From the NCBI GenBank assembly GCA_965662805.1, contig CBFIJB010000007.1:81625-145624 (forward strand): DNA of 64,000 nucleotides. The letters run 5' to 3'. Below the pieces are notes generated by a model that did not search any database, was not told the DNA's origin, and saw nothing but the letters and a program-made list of their open reading frames with translations. Positions 19,859 through 29,924 of the stretch are shown in pieces (within the stretch, counting starts at the first letter, position 1; the number at the start of each line of letters is the position of its first letter). A program made the translations under genes and the position numbers. This DNA comes from Candidatus Azotimanducaceae bacterium (GTDB lineage Bacteria; Pseudomonadota; Gammaproteobacteria; Pseudomonadales; Azotimanducaceae).

Positions 19859-20980
19859 TCAGAGCAGCTCTGCAGCCTGAGCCCGCTGCCAGACGCCATC
19901 TCCGAAGAGCTGCTGCGTGTGCATGACTCGCTTGTGATAGATCTGCACATCATGCTCCCAGGTGAAGCCGATGCCGCCATGCAGCTGTGTAGCTCGGTTG
20001 GCACAAAATTCCGCGGTGTCGGATGCACTGGATTTGGCCAGTCTTGCGGCCAGTTCCGCACCTTCCGGCTCGGTATCGCAGGTGCAGGCAGCTGCATAAA
20101 CCAGAGAACGGGTTTCGTCCGCACTGATCATCATATTCACAATGGGATGTTTCACTGCCTGGAAAAACCCTATCGGCCGGTCAAATTGTGTCCGGACCTT
20201 GGCGTACTCAGCCGTTGCCTGGAGCAGCCATTCGCAGCCGCCCGCCGTATCGGCTGACAGCAGCGTCAGTAGCGAGGGCAGGGCACTTTTCAGCACCTCG
20301 ACTCCGGAATCAGCGACCTTGTCTGCTGTCGTGCCGGCGAAGGTGATCCGTCCCTGGTCTCGCGTGAGATCGATAATACGGTCGTGCTGCAGTGAGATGC
20401 CATCGGCGCTCAGTTCCGCACAATAGAGCTGGACGTTGTCGCCGTCCTTCGCTGCGACCAGTACAGCTTCAACCTTCTGGAGATCCTGCACATACCAGGA
20501 GGTTCCGCTGAGGTTGCCGTCTGATACGGTAACTTCCGTGGAATCCAGTTCAAGGAAGTCCTCTTTGCCGTGAATTGCCAGCGTCATGGACAAGCCGCCG
20601 GCGATTCGTTCCAGCCAGCTGTTCGCTTCCGGAGTACCGGCTTCTCGCAAAACGAACGTAGAAAGCAGGGTCATTAAAAGGGGAGAAGGCATGGCTGCGC
20701 GGCCAAGCTCCTCGACAACAGAGACTGCGGTGACCAGGTTCATGCCAACGCCCCCGGCTTCCTCAGGTATCGCAAGTGCGGTCCAGCCGAGTTCCACCAT
20801 TTCTTTCCAGGCGTCTTTGTCATAGAAGCCGGTGCGCTCGTCACCGAGATAGGGGTCTTCCGTACCTTTCGTTGCGGCTCGCAACGAAGTGAGAGGCGCC
20901 TTGTCTTCCATGAACCGCTGTGCGGAATCCTTCAACATCAACTGTTCTTCACCGAATCCGAAATCTTTAGGTTGTGCCAC
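19859..20980 (-). CDS. Acyl-CoA dehydrogenase family protein
   Basis: 373 aa. ACAD C-terminal pattern ANRATQLHGGIGFTWEHDVQIYHKR. It lies 11 nt downstream of a second ACAD gene. Confidence 0.85.
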   Translation of the reverse strand: MAQPKDFGFGEEQLMLKDSAQRFMEDKAPLTSLRAATKGTEDPYLGDERTGFYDKDAWKEMVELGWTALAIPEEAGGVGMNLVTAVSVVEELGRAAMPSPLLMTLLSTFVLREAGTPEANSWLERIAGGLSMTLAIHGKEDFLELDSTEVTVSDGNLSGTSWYVQDLQKVEAVLVAAKDGDNVQLYCAELSADGISLQHDRIIDLTRDQGRITFAGTTADKVADSGVEVLKSALPSLLTLLSADTAGGCEWLLQATAEYAKVRTQFDRPIGFFQAVKHPIVNMMISADETRSLVYAAACTCDTEPEGAELAARLAKSSASDTAEFCANRATQLHGGIGFTWEHDVQIYHKRVMHTQQLFGDGVWQRAQAAELL

Positions 20981-20991
20981 GATGATGCTCC

Positions 20992-22206
20992 TTACTTCGT
21001 TTTCGGCAGGCCAAGGACCCGCTCGCCAAGAATGTTTCTCTGAATCTCACTGCTGCCGCCTGAGATGGTCCCGGTATAGGTGTTCATATAACCCAGGGCC
21101 CAGCGACCGTTTTCCTCGGCATGCTCGTCACCTATATAGAGGCTGGACTCCATGCCAAGAATGCTGAGCGCAATCTGGTGCAGTTCCTGGCCCAGCTCAC
21201 TGCCGGTCAGCTTACCCTGCAGAGGGATTCGCATGGCGCCGCCATTCAGTGCATCGATCCGGGCGCGCTTGAAATTCTGTGTTGAGGCTTCAGTTCGCTC
21301 ATAGATTTTAACCAGCTTGTCACGCCAGACCGGATCGTCCCAGATTGGTCTGCCGTTGCGTTTCCTGGTTTTGGCCAGCTTGATCAGAGCCTCAATGGCG
21401 GCAAATGGAGAATCGCTGGTTGCAACCGCGCCAACACCCTGTGCTGCGCCGCGTTCAATGGTCAGCGTCGACATGGCAACTTTCCAGCCGGTACCAACCT
21501 CGTCGATGCGCATGTGGTCAGGGACCACCACATCTTCCAGGAAAACCTCGTTGAAGCCGGACTCACCCGTCATCTTGTGTATGGGCTGTACCGAAACGCC
21601 CTCATGTTCCATGGGGCCGATGAAGTAGGTGATACCGTTGTACTTGTCGTTCTTGTCGGTTCGGGCAAGCAGGAGCATCCAGCGGGCGAAGTGTCCCAGA
21701 CTCGTCCAGACCTTCGAGCCATTGACGATCCAGTTGTCGCCATCCTTGACGGCACTGGTCTGGAGGCCAGCCAGGTCAGAACCTGCGCCGGGCTCACTGA
21801 AACCCTGACACCAGATGTCTTCGCCGGAAAAAATCGGTGGCAGGTAAGTCTTTTTCTGATCTTCGGTGCCGTGCACCAGCAATGTCGGTGCGGCCATGCC
21901 AAGCCCAATCCAATTGATGAAGTAGGGCACGTTGGCGCGTCTGACTTCCGTGCTCGCGATCTGCTGGAAGCCGTTGTGACCGTGCCCGCCATAAGCCTTG
22001 TCGACATCGGTTGCAATGAGTTGAGCCTCGTAGCACTTGTTTTGCCAGTCGACCAGGTAGTTACGATGATCTTCGGTCATGACCTCATAAGCAGCCTGGG
22101 GCAAAGGCATTGCCGTGGGCGGGGGACGGTTTTCCTCCAGCCAGGCGCGGCAGTATTCCCGGAATTCACGTTGTTCTGCGGTTTCTAAACCAGCCATAAT
22201 TTTCAC
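20992..22206 (-). CDS. Acyl-CoA dehydrogenase family protein
   Basis: 404 aa. Contains WCQGFSEPGAGSDLAGLQTSAVKDGDNWIVNGSKVWTS, typical of ACADs. Confidence 0.88.
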   Translation of the reverse strand: MKIMAGLETAEQREFREYCRAWLEENRPPPTAMPLPQAAYEVMTEDHRNYLVDWQNKCYEAQLIATDVDKAYGGHGHNGFQQIASTEVRRANVPYFINWIGLGMAAPTLLVHGTEDQKKTYLPPIFSGEDIWCQGFSEPGAGSDLAGLQTSAVKDGDNWIVNGSKVWTSLGHFARWMLLLARTDKNDKYNGITYFIGPMEHEGVSVQPIHKMTGESGFNEVFLEDVVVPDHMRIDEVGTGWKVAMSTLTIERGAAQGVGAVATSDSPFAAIEALIKLAKTRKRNGRPIWDDPVWRDKLVKIYERTEASTQNFKRARIDALNGGAMRIPLQGKLTGSELGQELHQIALSILGMESSLYIGDEHAEENGRWALGYMNTYTGTISGGSSEIQRNILGERVLGLPKTK

Positions 22207-22494
22207 CCTCTAGTCAGTGCGTGAACTAAACCACAGCTTGCATTGGCGAGCAATTCACATAGGTTAGACGATTGCAATCTGATGGTTTACGTTGATGACA
22301 TGCTGAACAATTTTCTGACAAAAAGCGTTTTTTCGCCCTGACCCGTCAGCAACGCGAGCAAACCGGTAGCAGATGTTCTGATCAGGGGTTTTCGGGAGAG
22401 GCGAGAGATCAGTGCACCACAATCCGGACGGTTTGTTGATCGCGCACTGATCACTCACTAGCTTTTGCTAAAGCGTGTCAGTCAATGAGCTTGA

Positions 22495-23013
22495 TCAGGA
22501 TACTTTTTCAATCCTGATGATGAACTCTTCTCCGTTCTTCCACGAGAAAATGGACCTTGGATCAAGGTAGGCAGGTACGGGCAGCTGTTGTTTCAATCTC
22601 AGTTTGCGTTCTGAGTATCGTGCTTTACGAATCAGCTGTCCGTTAATCATGAGCACATCACCCTCAATCTTCATGTTGACCGTAGGGTTGTCCAGCTGGT
22701 GGACATCCAGCGTGATGTAGAAGGCGTTATCATCCTCGCGATAATGGATCTGTTCGGCGGGATAACGACCGAAGCGATCCCAGTACCAGATATTGAATGC
22801 ATTTCTGTATCTGGCAGGTTGCTCTGCTTCTGCAGCCTGCTGCTCGGTGATGCGGCTCATCTCCTGAAAAGGATCTGGCTGGCTGGCAAAGTAGTCTGAA
22901 TCAAACAGGTTGTCGAAGAAATTCCCGTCAACCTGGGGTGCGATATCAGCCTCGGGCACTGTTGTTGCGCATCCTGTGATCAGCAAGAAACTTAGAAAAA
23001 CTGCGCGAATCAT
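22495..23013 (-). CDS. Lipoprotein with Hsp20/alpha-crystallin-like C-terminal domain
   Basis: Start at ATG 23013. Signal peptide plus lipobox: MIRAVFLSFLLITGC. The C-terminal sequence YREDDNAFYITLDVHQLDNPTVNMKIEGDVLMINGQLIRK...RKLRLKQQLPVPAYLDPRSIFSWKNGEEFIIRIEK follows the alpha-crystallin-domain pattern. Confidence 0.6.
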   Translation of the reverse strand: MIRAVFLSFLLITGCATTVPEADIAPQVDGNFFDNLFDSDYFASQPDPFQEMSRITEQQAAEAEQPARYRNAFNIWYWDRFGRYPAEQIHYREDDNAFYITLDVHQLDNPTVNMKIEGDVLMINGQLIRKARYSERKLRLKQQLPVPAYLDPRSIFSWKNGEEFIIRIEKVS

Positions 23014-23041
23014 TTCTTTCGAATACTCCTTTTTGTATCGG

Positions 23042-24838
23042 TTAGTTTGAGTAAACCCGTCGTCCGCCCATCCAGGTTTCGAGCACCTGAATGCGCCCGA
23101 TATCGTTGGGGTCAACGTCCCGGGGGTCGGCTTCAAGAACGACGAGGTCGGCGAATTTGCCGGGCTCTATTGTACCTACCTCGTGGTCAGAGTGGCACTG
23201 CCATGCGGCGTCCCGGGTAATGGATCGGAGCGCCGCATCCACAGAGATACACTCCTCTGGTGCCAGGATAGTCTCCGGTTCTTTCCACATCTTTCGGGTG
23301 ACGGCGTTTTCAACGCAACGCAGCGGCCCCATCTCTGTGACCGGTTCATCGGAGTGCAGGGTCCAGCGTATACCCTTTTGTTCGCAGGCGGCGGTACGGT
23401 CCAGCAGTCGGGCTTTGCCGTGCCCGAAAACCTTGTCGCGCATCGCTTGTCCCCAGTAGTAAACGTGACCGATCAGAAAGCTGGGAGACAAGTTCATTTT
23501 TGCGATGCGCTCGATGTGCTCATCATGCAGGATGGAACAATGCTCGATTCGGCAGGGCGTGTTGGTTAACAAGCCGCGATCAAAAGCCTGCTCATAGGCA
23601 TCGAGAACATTGTCGATCGCCTGATCACCGTTGGCATGAATGGCCAGTGCCCAACCGCGTTCGGCACGATCGATCACCATGTCTTTCAGGGCGTCTGGTT
23701 CCACGTAGGGAATGCCGTTGTCTTCCCTGTACAGATAAGGCTCTCTCTGCAGGCCGGAGAAACCCTGATTGGATCCATCGGAGACAATCTTCCAGCTGGT
23801 GCAGCGGACAACCTCGTTGCCGTCACCGCAGGAGATCTCCAGCGCATCCCACTTCTCCTGAATTCCGTAGGAGAGTGAATAGCGTAACCTGGCGGTCATG
23901 GCTGGGGATTCTGCGAGGGTATTGTAAACCTCTATCTCCTTGACGCCCCTGGTCATGCCCGTCGCCTGATCGCAGAAAAGCGTGATACCAAGGCTGTTGG
24001 CGCGCTCAACAACTTTCAGGCTATTGCTGACAAGATCGATCGCTTTCCCCGCAGGGTTGTGTTTTGCGACGGAGGAAATCGCCATTCCACCTGCCAGCAC
24101 GCCATTCGGTTCACCCTGTTCGTCACGATTGTAGGGGGAGTTGGGGATGTCCGGAGTGTTTCTGGTGACCCCGGCAACTTCAAGCGCCTTGCTGTTGCAG
24201 TACGCGAAGTGCATCGATGCATTGTAAACCAGCACCGGGTTTGTAGCGCTGACAGTATCCAGAAGATCCCGGGTTAACAGATCAGGCCCCTCCTGCAGTG
24301 ACGGGTCGAACTGCCGCCCCATAATCCAGTCGTCGGGTCCGACCTCTGTTGCCAGTTCCCGAAGTCTTGAGAGCGCATCGTCGACCGTTTCAAATCTGAA
24401 AGGGCCGACATTTTCGATTGGCTCCATGGTCGAGCAGGGCAGGAAATGGAAATGCGGTTCGATGAATCCCGGCAGGATGGTCCGGCCTTCGCAGTCGATG
24501 ATTTCGACATCTGGTTCATCCAGGGCATCCATGTCTGCTTTTTCTCCGACCGCGAGTATGCGGTCACCCTTGATTGCGATGCAGCTGACCTCGGATGAGT
24601 CATCGTCCATGGTGATTACTTTGGCATTGACGAATATTGCCGTAGCAGCGGGTAGATAGATGTCCCTGTTCTTGCCTGCGTCGTACCACGCTGCAGCATC
24701 TGTCATGTCGTCCCAGTTGGCGTTACAGACAAGCGCAGAGAAAGCGGGAGAGCAGCAGGTACAAGGTGCAGTGTCAGCGACAGGCCTGGCCAGTTCGTGA
24801 AACTCCGGTACAACCTCGTTATCCGTCTCCCTGAACAT
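23042..24838 (-). CDS. Amidohydrolase family (amidohydrolase-3-like metal-dependent hydrolase)
   Basis: 598 aa. Contains GRTILPGFIEPHFHF (metal-binding HxH), LAIHANGDQAID and RIEHCS. Confidence 0.85.
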   Translation of the reverse strand: MFRETDNEVVPEFHELARPVADTAPCTCCSPAFSALVCNANWDDMTDAAAWYDAGKNRDIYLPAATAIFVNAKVITMDDDSSEVSCIAIKGDRILAVGEKADMDALDEPDVEIIDCEGRTILPGFIEPHFHFLPCSTMEPIENVGPFRFETVDDALSRLRELATEVGPDDWIMGRQFDPSLQEGPDLLTRDLLDTVSATNPVLVYNASMHFAYCNSKALEVAGVTRNTPDIPNSPYNRDEQGEPNGVLAGGMAISSVAKHNPAGKAIDLVSNSLKVVERANSLGITLFCDQATGMTRGVKEIEVYNTLAESPAMTARLRYSLSYGIQEKWDALEISCGDGNEVVRCTSWKIVSDGSNQGFSGLQREPYLYREDNGIPYVEPDALKDMVIDRAERGWALAIHANGDQAIDNVLDAYEQAFDRGLLTNTPCRIEHCSILHDEHIERIAKMNLSPSFLIGHVYYWGQAMRDKVFGHGKARLLDRTAACEQKGIRWTLHSDEPVTEMGPLRCVENAVTRKMWKEPETILAPEECISVDAALRSITRDAAWQCHSDHEVGTIEPGKFADLVVLEADPRDVDPNDIGRIQVLETWMGGRRVYSN

Positions 24839-24840
24839 GA

Positions 24841-25629
24841 CTACTCTCCCTTAAACTCAGGCTTGCGTTTGGCAAGAAATGCGCTGATACCTTCACGTCC
24901 GTCTGTGGATCTTGCCATATCGGCAATGCCCCGGGATTCAAGTTCCATCTGGGTTTCCAGTCCATTGTCGAACGAGGCATTCAGCAGTGATTTAACCTGT
25001 CCGTACGCCAGCGTCGGACCGCTCGCAAGACTTGCCGCCAGTTTGTTGACCGTGTCCATAAACGCTTCTGAATCCACGACCTGGTTAACAAGACCCCATT
25101 CAAGCGCTTCATCCGCGGTCAGCACCCTGTTGGTCAGCATCAATTCTCTTGCGCGACGGTCTCCAACACGACGCGGCAGGAAGAACGTGGAGCTGCCGTC
25201 CGGGGAGAGACCTGCTGCGGTGTAAGCCATGGTATAGCGTGCGGTGTCCACGGATATGACCAGATCTGCAGCGACTGCGATGCTGAACCCGGCGCCAGCG
25301 GCGGTGCCGTTAACCGCAGCGATGACCGGTGCATTCATGCGTGTCAGTCGCGAGATGCCCATATGCAGATCGCCTGCCATCTGTTTCACCACAGCGGCCG
25401 CGTTATCCCCGGCGTCACCCATAACGCTGAGGTCGCCCCCGGCGCAGAACATTTTCCCGTTGCCAGTAATGATGACAGCTCGGACGTCAGCTGATTCATC
25501 ACAAACAATGGCCACGTCACTCAGCTCTCGAGCCATGGTCAGATTCAGCGCGTTGGCAGCGTCCGGGCGATTCAATGTGATTGTCGCGACACCGTCCGCA
25601 ACCTCGTAGTTCAAAGTTTCGTAAGACAT
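24841..25629 (-). CDS. Enoyl-CoA hydratase/isomerase family protein
   Basis: Start at ATG 25629: MSYETLNYEVADGVATITLNRPDAANAL. Also FCAGGDL and VIAAVNGTAAGAGFSIA. Confidence 0.9.
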   Translation of the reverse strand: MSYETLNYEVADGVATITLNRPDAANALNLTMARELSDVAIVCDESADVRAVIITGNGKMFCAGGDLSVMGDAGDNAAAVVKQMAGDLHMGISRLTRMNAPVIAAVNGTAAGAGFSIAVAADLVISVDTARYTMAYTAAGLSPDGSSTFFLPRRVGDRRARELMLTNRVLTADEALEWGLVNQVVDSEAFMDTVNKLAASLASGPTLAYGQVKSLLNASFDNGLETQMELESRGIADMARSTDGREGISAFLAKRKPEFKGE

Positions 25630-25779
25630 AAACCATCCAGGAAAAGGTGAGCTCTGCATTGTAATCACAGATGCGTAGCATCACCATCTCAAGGCTTCTG
25701 ATGATGTCGCCAGGGTTGCCTGGCCCGAGACTCAGCGGATCATGGTGATCGGCTTTTATGCGCTTGTTGTGAGATGCCC

Positions 25780-26919
25780 CTAGTGCGAAAGGGTGTAGGG
25801 GGATTTCAGACCGGCCCTGGCTGCGTCGATGATCACTTCGTTAACGTAAGTGGATTTGGCAATCTCCAGGATGTCCTGGTAGATGGCGCGAGCCTTTTTC
25901 CGGTTCTCAGCGAGATCGTTCAGCTGTCCGTCTGTCAGCTTGTGCCAGGTCACACTCCAGCCCGGCAGTTCCTCTGATGAAGTTGCGAATACGTTGCCGA
26001 TTTCGGCGAAGGTCGCTTTTGCCTGGTCCAGTTTCTTCAATCCCATATAAGCGCGAACAAGCCAGATTTTCGTCAGGCTGAGGTCTGGTTCAGCAGGTGG
26101 TGAGTCGCTGTTGAGATAGGCAGTCGCCGCTTCCAGTGTGCCCTCAAAGTCATCCTGCATCATGAGGACAGAAATGAGGCGAAGCTGGAAACGTGAGTTC
26201 TTCGGATAGAGATCAACCAGTGTTCTAAGCTGCTCCTCTGCTTCAATTCGAAGAACCGGATCCTCAAGCAGAACCGTGGCATAAATGTATCGTGCCACAT
26301 CTTTGTATTGATCACCGGAGGTCATGACTTCGCGCAGATACGGCAGGCTTTTCTCCGAATTACCGGAAGGTATGAACCACAGTAACCGGCTGAACATTCT
26401 GATAAAGGGGGGCAGATTGTCAGCGACATAGTAAGAAACGCTAAGGTGCATCTTCGCGTCGATCAGCGTTGGGTCAGTTGCCAGCGCCGCTTCCAGGTAC
26501 TCGATGCTCGCAGTGCCCTTCTTTCCAGCCGTGTAGTAGTTACCCTTCAGGCCATGAAAGAAACTGAGCGCAAAGTTTGCCTGTCCGGAGTAATAGTTTG
26601 CGAGCGCATCGCCTTTGTTGTCTTCCAGCCGTGCCTCGCACCAGGCAAGTATTTCACTCACGTGATATTGAAGGGCGTCATCGTGGGTTTTGTCTGTTTC
26701 ATCCCATGTGAGGTGCGTCACGATACTGTTCAGCGCAAAGATATGGCCGATCGGAATTTCGTACTCGTTCAGCAGTCGTTGTTCGATTTCAGAAGCACCC
26801 TCGACATTTCCCTGGAGACGCAACAGCGTGCCTTCACGTTGAAGGGCGGCATACTCCGGTTCTGCGAACGACAACCCGGAGGCCAGGAGCAGCAGGACGA
26901 TTAAAGCAATGGATCTCAT
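25780..26919 (-). CDS. Secreted TPR-like repeat protein, function unknown
   Basis: Signal peptide MRSIALIVLLLLASGLSFA. Helical-repeat composition throughout, with frequent A/L/Y and a roughly 34-aa periodicity by eye. Confidence 0.6.
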   Translation of the reverse strand: MRSIALIVLLLLASGLSFAEPEYAALQREGTLLRLQGNVEGASEIEQRLLNEYEIPIGHIFALNSIVTHLTWDETDKTHDDALQYHVSEILAWCEARLEDNKGDALANYYSGQANFALSFFHGLKGNYYTAGKKGTASIEYLEAALATDPTLIDAKMHLSVSYYVADNLPPFIRMFSRLLWFIPSGNSEKSLPYLREVMTSGDQYKDVARYIYATVLLEDPVLRIEAEEQLRTLVDLYPKNSRFQLRLISVLMMQDDFEGTLEAATAYLNSDSPPAEPDLSLTKIWLVRAYMGLKKLDQAKATFAEIGNVFATSSEELPGWSVTWHKLTDGQLNDLAENRKKARAIYQDILEIAKSTYVNEVIIDAARAGLKSPYTLSH

Positions 26920-26973
26920 GGTCGAATCCTACCTTTTCAGGCAGGCAATGTGTTTATGGGTTGCCTGGACAAA

Positions 26974-28020
26974 TCAGCCGGTTAATCGATTAACGGCCTG
27001 CTCGGAAAGCGTCAGTGCACCATCGATGCGTCCGCGCATATGTTCGAGGTCGACGCCTTCACTACTTTTCATGCCTTCCATATAGCGTGCGTACACGCCG
27101 TGGACAATACAGGCAGATTTCCAGCGGTTGAAGCCGGTGTAGTAGTCAAGGTTGGACAGATCTCGCCCGGTTCTTTTTGCATAGCGCGCCGCCATTTCCG
27201 TTCGCGTTGGAAACCCCGGTACGGCAGTGGCCGCTTCGGGTGCGATGGGGATCGTGTCGCTGGGATCGGGGAAAAAGTTCAGCGCGTAAGCGAGATCAGC
27301 GAGTGGATCGCCCAGGGTGGATATTTCCCAGTCGACAACCGCAGCGACAGTTGAATCAGGACCCGTCAGACAATTGTGCAGACCATAGTCTCCATGGACT
27401 ACCTTGATATTGCCCTGGTCTGGCAGGTTGTTGAGAAAGAACTCCTGCAGCTCGTGTGCTCTCGGATCATCATAGTCAGCCCCCTCGATGGATGAGGTCC
27501 AGGACCGATACCAGGTTTTCAGTTGTCTGCCGACGTAGCTGTCACGCTTGCCCAGGTCACTCAGACCTATTTCGTCAGGATCCAGAGCATGCAGGTCCGC
27601 AAGGACATCAACGAAAGAGTTGGCGAGGGTGATGCGGCGTTCCTCGGGTACCCATTCCAGGGTCTCTTCGTTGTTGTACAGGGGGCGGCCGTTAATACAG
27701 CCCATGATATAAAACCAGGCACCGGTAACGTCCGGACTCTCGCAGAAGCCGAGTGCTTCGGGTACAGGAACGGCGGTTGGGCCAAGTGCAGAAATCAGCG
27801 CCCATTCCCGACTCATGTCATGTGCTTTTGGCAGCAGCTGTCCTTGAGGCGGGCGTCGAATGACAGCTTCTTTGCCAGTCTGGTCTTCCAGGCGATAAGT
27901 CAGGTTGGAATGACCACCCTCCAGGCGCGTCCACTGAAACGGCGGTGTCAGGCTTGGTATGTTCTCTGTAATCCAGGCTTCAACAGTCTCTACCTGATAT
28001 CCTTCGGGCGCGTCGGTCAT
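26974..28020 (-). CDS. Aminoglycoside-phosphotransferase-fold kinase (ACAD-associated APH-like)
   Basis: VVHGDYGLHNCL catalytic loop and AVVDWEISTLGDPLADLA. 348 aa. Confidence 0.8.
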   Translation of the reverse strand: MTDAPEGYQVETVEAWITENIPSLTPPFQWTRLEGGHSNLTYRLEDQTGKEAVIRRPPQGQLLPKAHDMSREWALISALGPTAVPVPEALGFCESPDVTGAWFYIMGCINGRPLYNNEETLEWVPEERRITLANSFVDVLADLHALDPDEIGLSDLGKRDSYVGRQLKTWYRSWTSSIEGADYDDPRAHELQEFFLNNLPDQGNIKVVHGDYGLHNCLTGPDSTVAAVVDWEISTLGDPLADLAYALNFFPDPSDTIPIAPEAATAVPGFPTRTEMAARYAKRTGRDLSNLDYYTGFNRWKSACIVHGVYARYMEGMKSSEGVDLEHMRGRIDGALTLSEQAVNRLTG

Positions 28021-28152
28021 GGCTTTCCCTCAAAATTCTCAGGGTAGCAAAAAAAGCTGGTAGATAACTAATAAAGCGAGATGGCGAGTGAGGTAAGGCG
28101 CACCATCTGCACCTTACTCTCGCTCAGCAACACTCTCGCTCAGAAACTGCGA

Positions 28153-28464
28153 CTATTTGTCTGAGGGCAGAAAAGCGTTCTTATAGGCTTCACCGACCTG
28201 TTCCCAGGCTTCACGCACCAGATTGGACGTGGTCTGCACATCGTGCTGGTAGTTCTGCCAGTAGGTTTCCAGTGCTTCACGCTGCAGCTCGGCAAATCCC
28301 TGGGGGTCATTGACCTGTGTCATACGCTCAGAAAATTCCCGCGAGCTTTGCATGAAGCGCTCGAGGTTCTGCTGCTGAACTTCGGTCAGTTTTGTAAGGG
28401 TCTGAGTCTGGATGTCGAACAGCTCGTTACCAAGCTTGTTGGCATTTTCGATAGGATTTGACAT
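28153..28464 (-). CDS. Phasin-family (PHA granule-associated) protein
   Basis: Start at ATG 28464. The 103-aa helical protein MSNPIENANKLGNELFDIQTQTLTKLTEVQQQNLERFMQSS... lies next to the phaEC locus. Confidence 0.65.
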   Translation of the reverse strand: MSNPIENANKLGNELFDIQTQTLTKLTEVQQQNLERFMQSSREFSERMTQVNDPQGFAELQREALETYWQNYQHDVQTTSNLVREAWEQVGEAYKNAFLPSDK

Positions 28465-28597
28465 GGTCTGAGTCCTGTAATGGGTGATAGTTATGTTGCG
28501 GTGCAACATTGGTGCGGCAATGTAGACAAACAATTTTCCTTGCGCAAGTTTTTGTCCAAAAAAACAGGCCTGAAATCGAATTCAAGAGGTGTCCCGG

Positions 28598-29281
28598 ATG
28601 TATCAGTTGTATATCGCGAACAAGAATTACTCTTCCTGGTCCCTGAGACCCTGGGTGCTCATGAAGACTCTTGGCATTGAGTTCGAGGAGTGCCTGGAAG
28701 GCTTTGAGTCAGCGGATAACTTTGACAAATTTCGCAAATTTTCCCCTTCGGGGACGGTTCCCTGTCTTCAGGATGGTCAAACCACGGTATGGGATTCGCT
28801 GGCTATCGTGGAATACCTGGCTGAAACTCATGAAGGTGTATGGCCGAGGGACAGGCAGGCACGAACGTTTGCCCGTTGTGCGACGGCAGAGATGCACAGC
28901 AGTTTCAGTTCACTACGCAACATATGCCCGATGAACTGTGCGATTACGGTCGAGATGAATGAAATATCCGCTGGCCTGCAGCGTGATCTTGATAGAATCG
29001 GCGAACTCTGGGTGACAGGGGTTGAATCCTTTGGTGGGCCTTACCTGGCTGGTGAGACCTTCACCGCGGTTGATGCCTTTTTCTGCCCGGTGGCGTTTCG
29101 GGTCAGGTCATACCAGCTGCCACTGCCATCAGTGGCCCAGACCTATTGCGAACGTCTTCTGAATTTACCGGCGATGCAGGCATGGGATAAAGCGGGTGTG
29201 AATGAATCCTGGCGGGAAGAGGCGCACGAGGAGGAGGCCGCAGCTGCGGGGAAGATCATCAGAGATCGACGATCTTCCTGA
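28598..29281 (+). CDS. Glutathione S-transferase family protein
   Basis: ATG 28598 preceded by AAGAGG. MYQLYIANKNYSSWSLRPWVLM... and TVPCLQDGQTTVWDSLAIVEYL match the GST N-terminal thioredoxin-like fold. Confidence 0.8.
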   Translation: MYQLYIANKNYSSWSLRPWVLMKTLGIEFEECLEGFESADNFDKFRKFSPSGTVPCLQDGQTTVWDSLAIVEYLAETHEGVWPRDRQARTFARCATAEMHSSFSSLRNICPMNCAITVEMNEISAGLQRDLDRIGELWVTGVESFGGPYLAGETFTAVDAFFCPVAFRVRSYQLPLPSVAQTYCERLLNLPAMQAWDKAGVNESWREEAHEEEAAAAGKIIRDRRSS

Positions 29282-29312
29282 AACCCCTGATGTTTAAATG
29301 AAGCTCAATCTG

Positions 29313-29924
29313 CTAGAGAGCTTCATCCAGACCGTACGCCTGCATCATGCCGCTGACGCCAGCGACGTCGTGGCTCATGATCAATAGATCATGCTTTTCT
29401 CCGGAAGGGTCTTTCACATGATCCCTGAACAGTGCTTCCGAGCGAAAGCCCATTTCCTCAAGCACATTGATCGCCGCTTCCTGATCAAGCAGCATTCTTA
29501 CGGTGAGTTTTTCAAGTCCGAGACTCAGTCCGATCAGGAAACTTTCCTGAATGAGTTGCCTGCCCAGACCAATCTCGCGGGCTTCCGGATGTACGAGAAT
29601 CCGCAGCTCACCGACATGGGCGGACCATGAGTGTTTGTCTGTTACGACGGCTGTTGTCCCGATAATCTCTCCGTCGCGCAGCGCTGCGATGGTTATCAGA
29701 TCTCCTGCCTCCAGACTTCGGGACCAGGCTTCCAGGACTTTGGGTTCACGGATATCGCGACTGAGAAACAACAGATCCCTCTCCGGCAGCACGGAAGTGA
29801 ATGCCTGCATATCTTCAGCTTCCAGTGAGCCGGCTATCTGTAACTCTATCTGCTGGCCCTTGCAGTCGATCGTTCTGGGATAACGGTCTTCTAACTTCTT
29901 CAAACTGATCGCTCCGCCAGCCAT
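29313..29924 (-). CDS. GNAT-family N-acetyltransferase
   Basis: The acetyl-CoA-binding region HPEAREIGLGRQLIQE is Q/RxxGxG/A-like. The ORF overlaps the phaC stop by 25 nt, so a later start is possible. Confidence 0.7.
   Translation of the reverse strand: MAGGAISLKKLEDRYPRTIDCKGQQIELQIAGSLEAEDMQAFTSVLPERDLLFLSRDIREPKVLEAWSRSLEAGDLITIAALRDGEIIGTTAVVTDKHSWSAHVGELRILVHPEAREIGLGRQLIQESFLIGLSLGLEKLTVRMLLDQEAAINVLEEMGFRSEALFRDHVKDPSGEKHDLLIMSHDVAGVSGMMQAYGLDEAL

Noticed and set aside
21514-22188. 224-aa ORF antisense to the acyl-CoA dehydrogenase gene. Similar long antisense ORFs occur at 51569..52273, 33839..34450, 34703..35239, 44372..45022, 50764..51369 and 27523..28047.
   Set aside because: All are embedded opposite well-supported genes, lack start-site signals and motifs, and have shadow-frame composition.
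29298-29326. 9-bp-stem hairpin (ATGAAGCTC...GAGCTTCAT) between the convergent GST and GNAT genes, and a 7-bp hairpin at 59006-59024, as terminators
   Set aside because: Neither is followed by a U-tract on either strand, and both overlap coding sequence, so they are too weak to call. Only the 43147-43177 element has classical terminator features.
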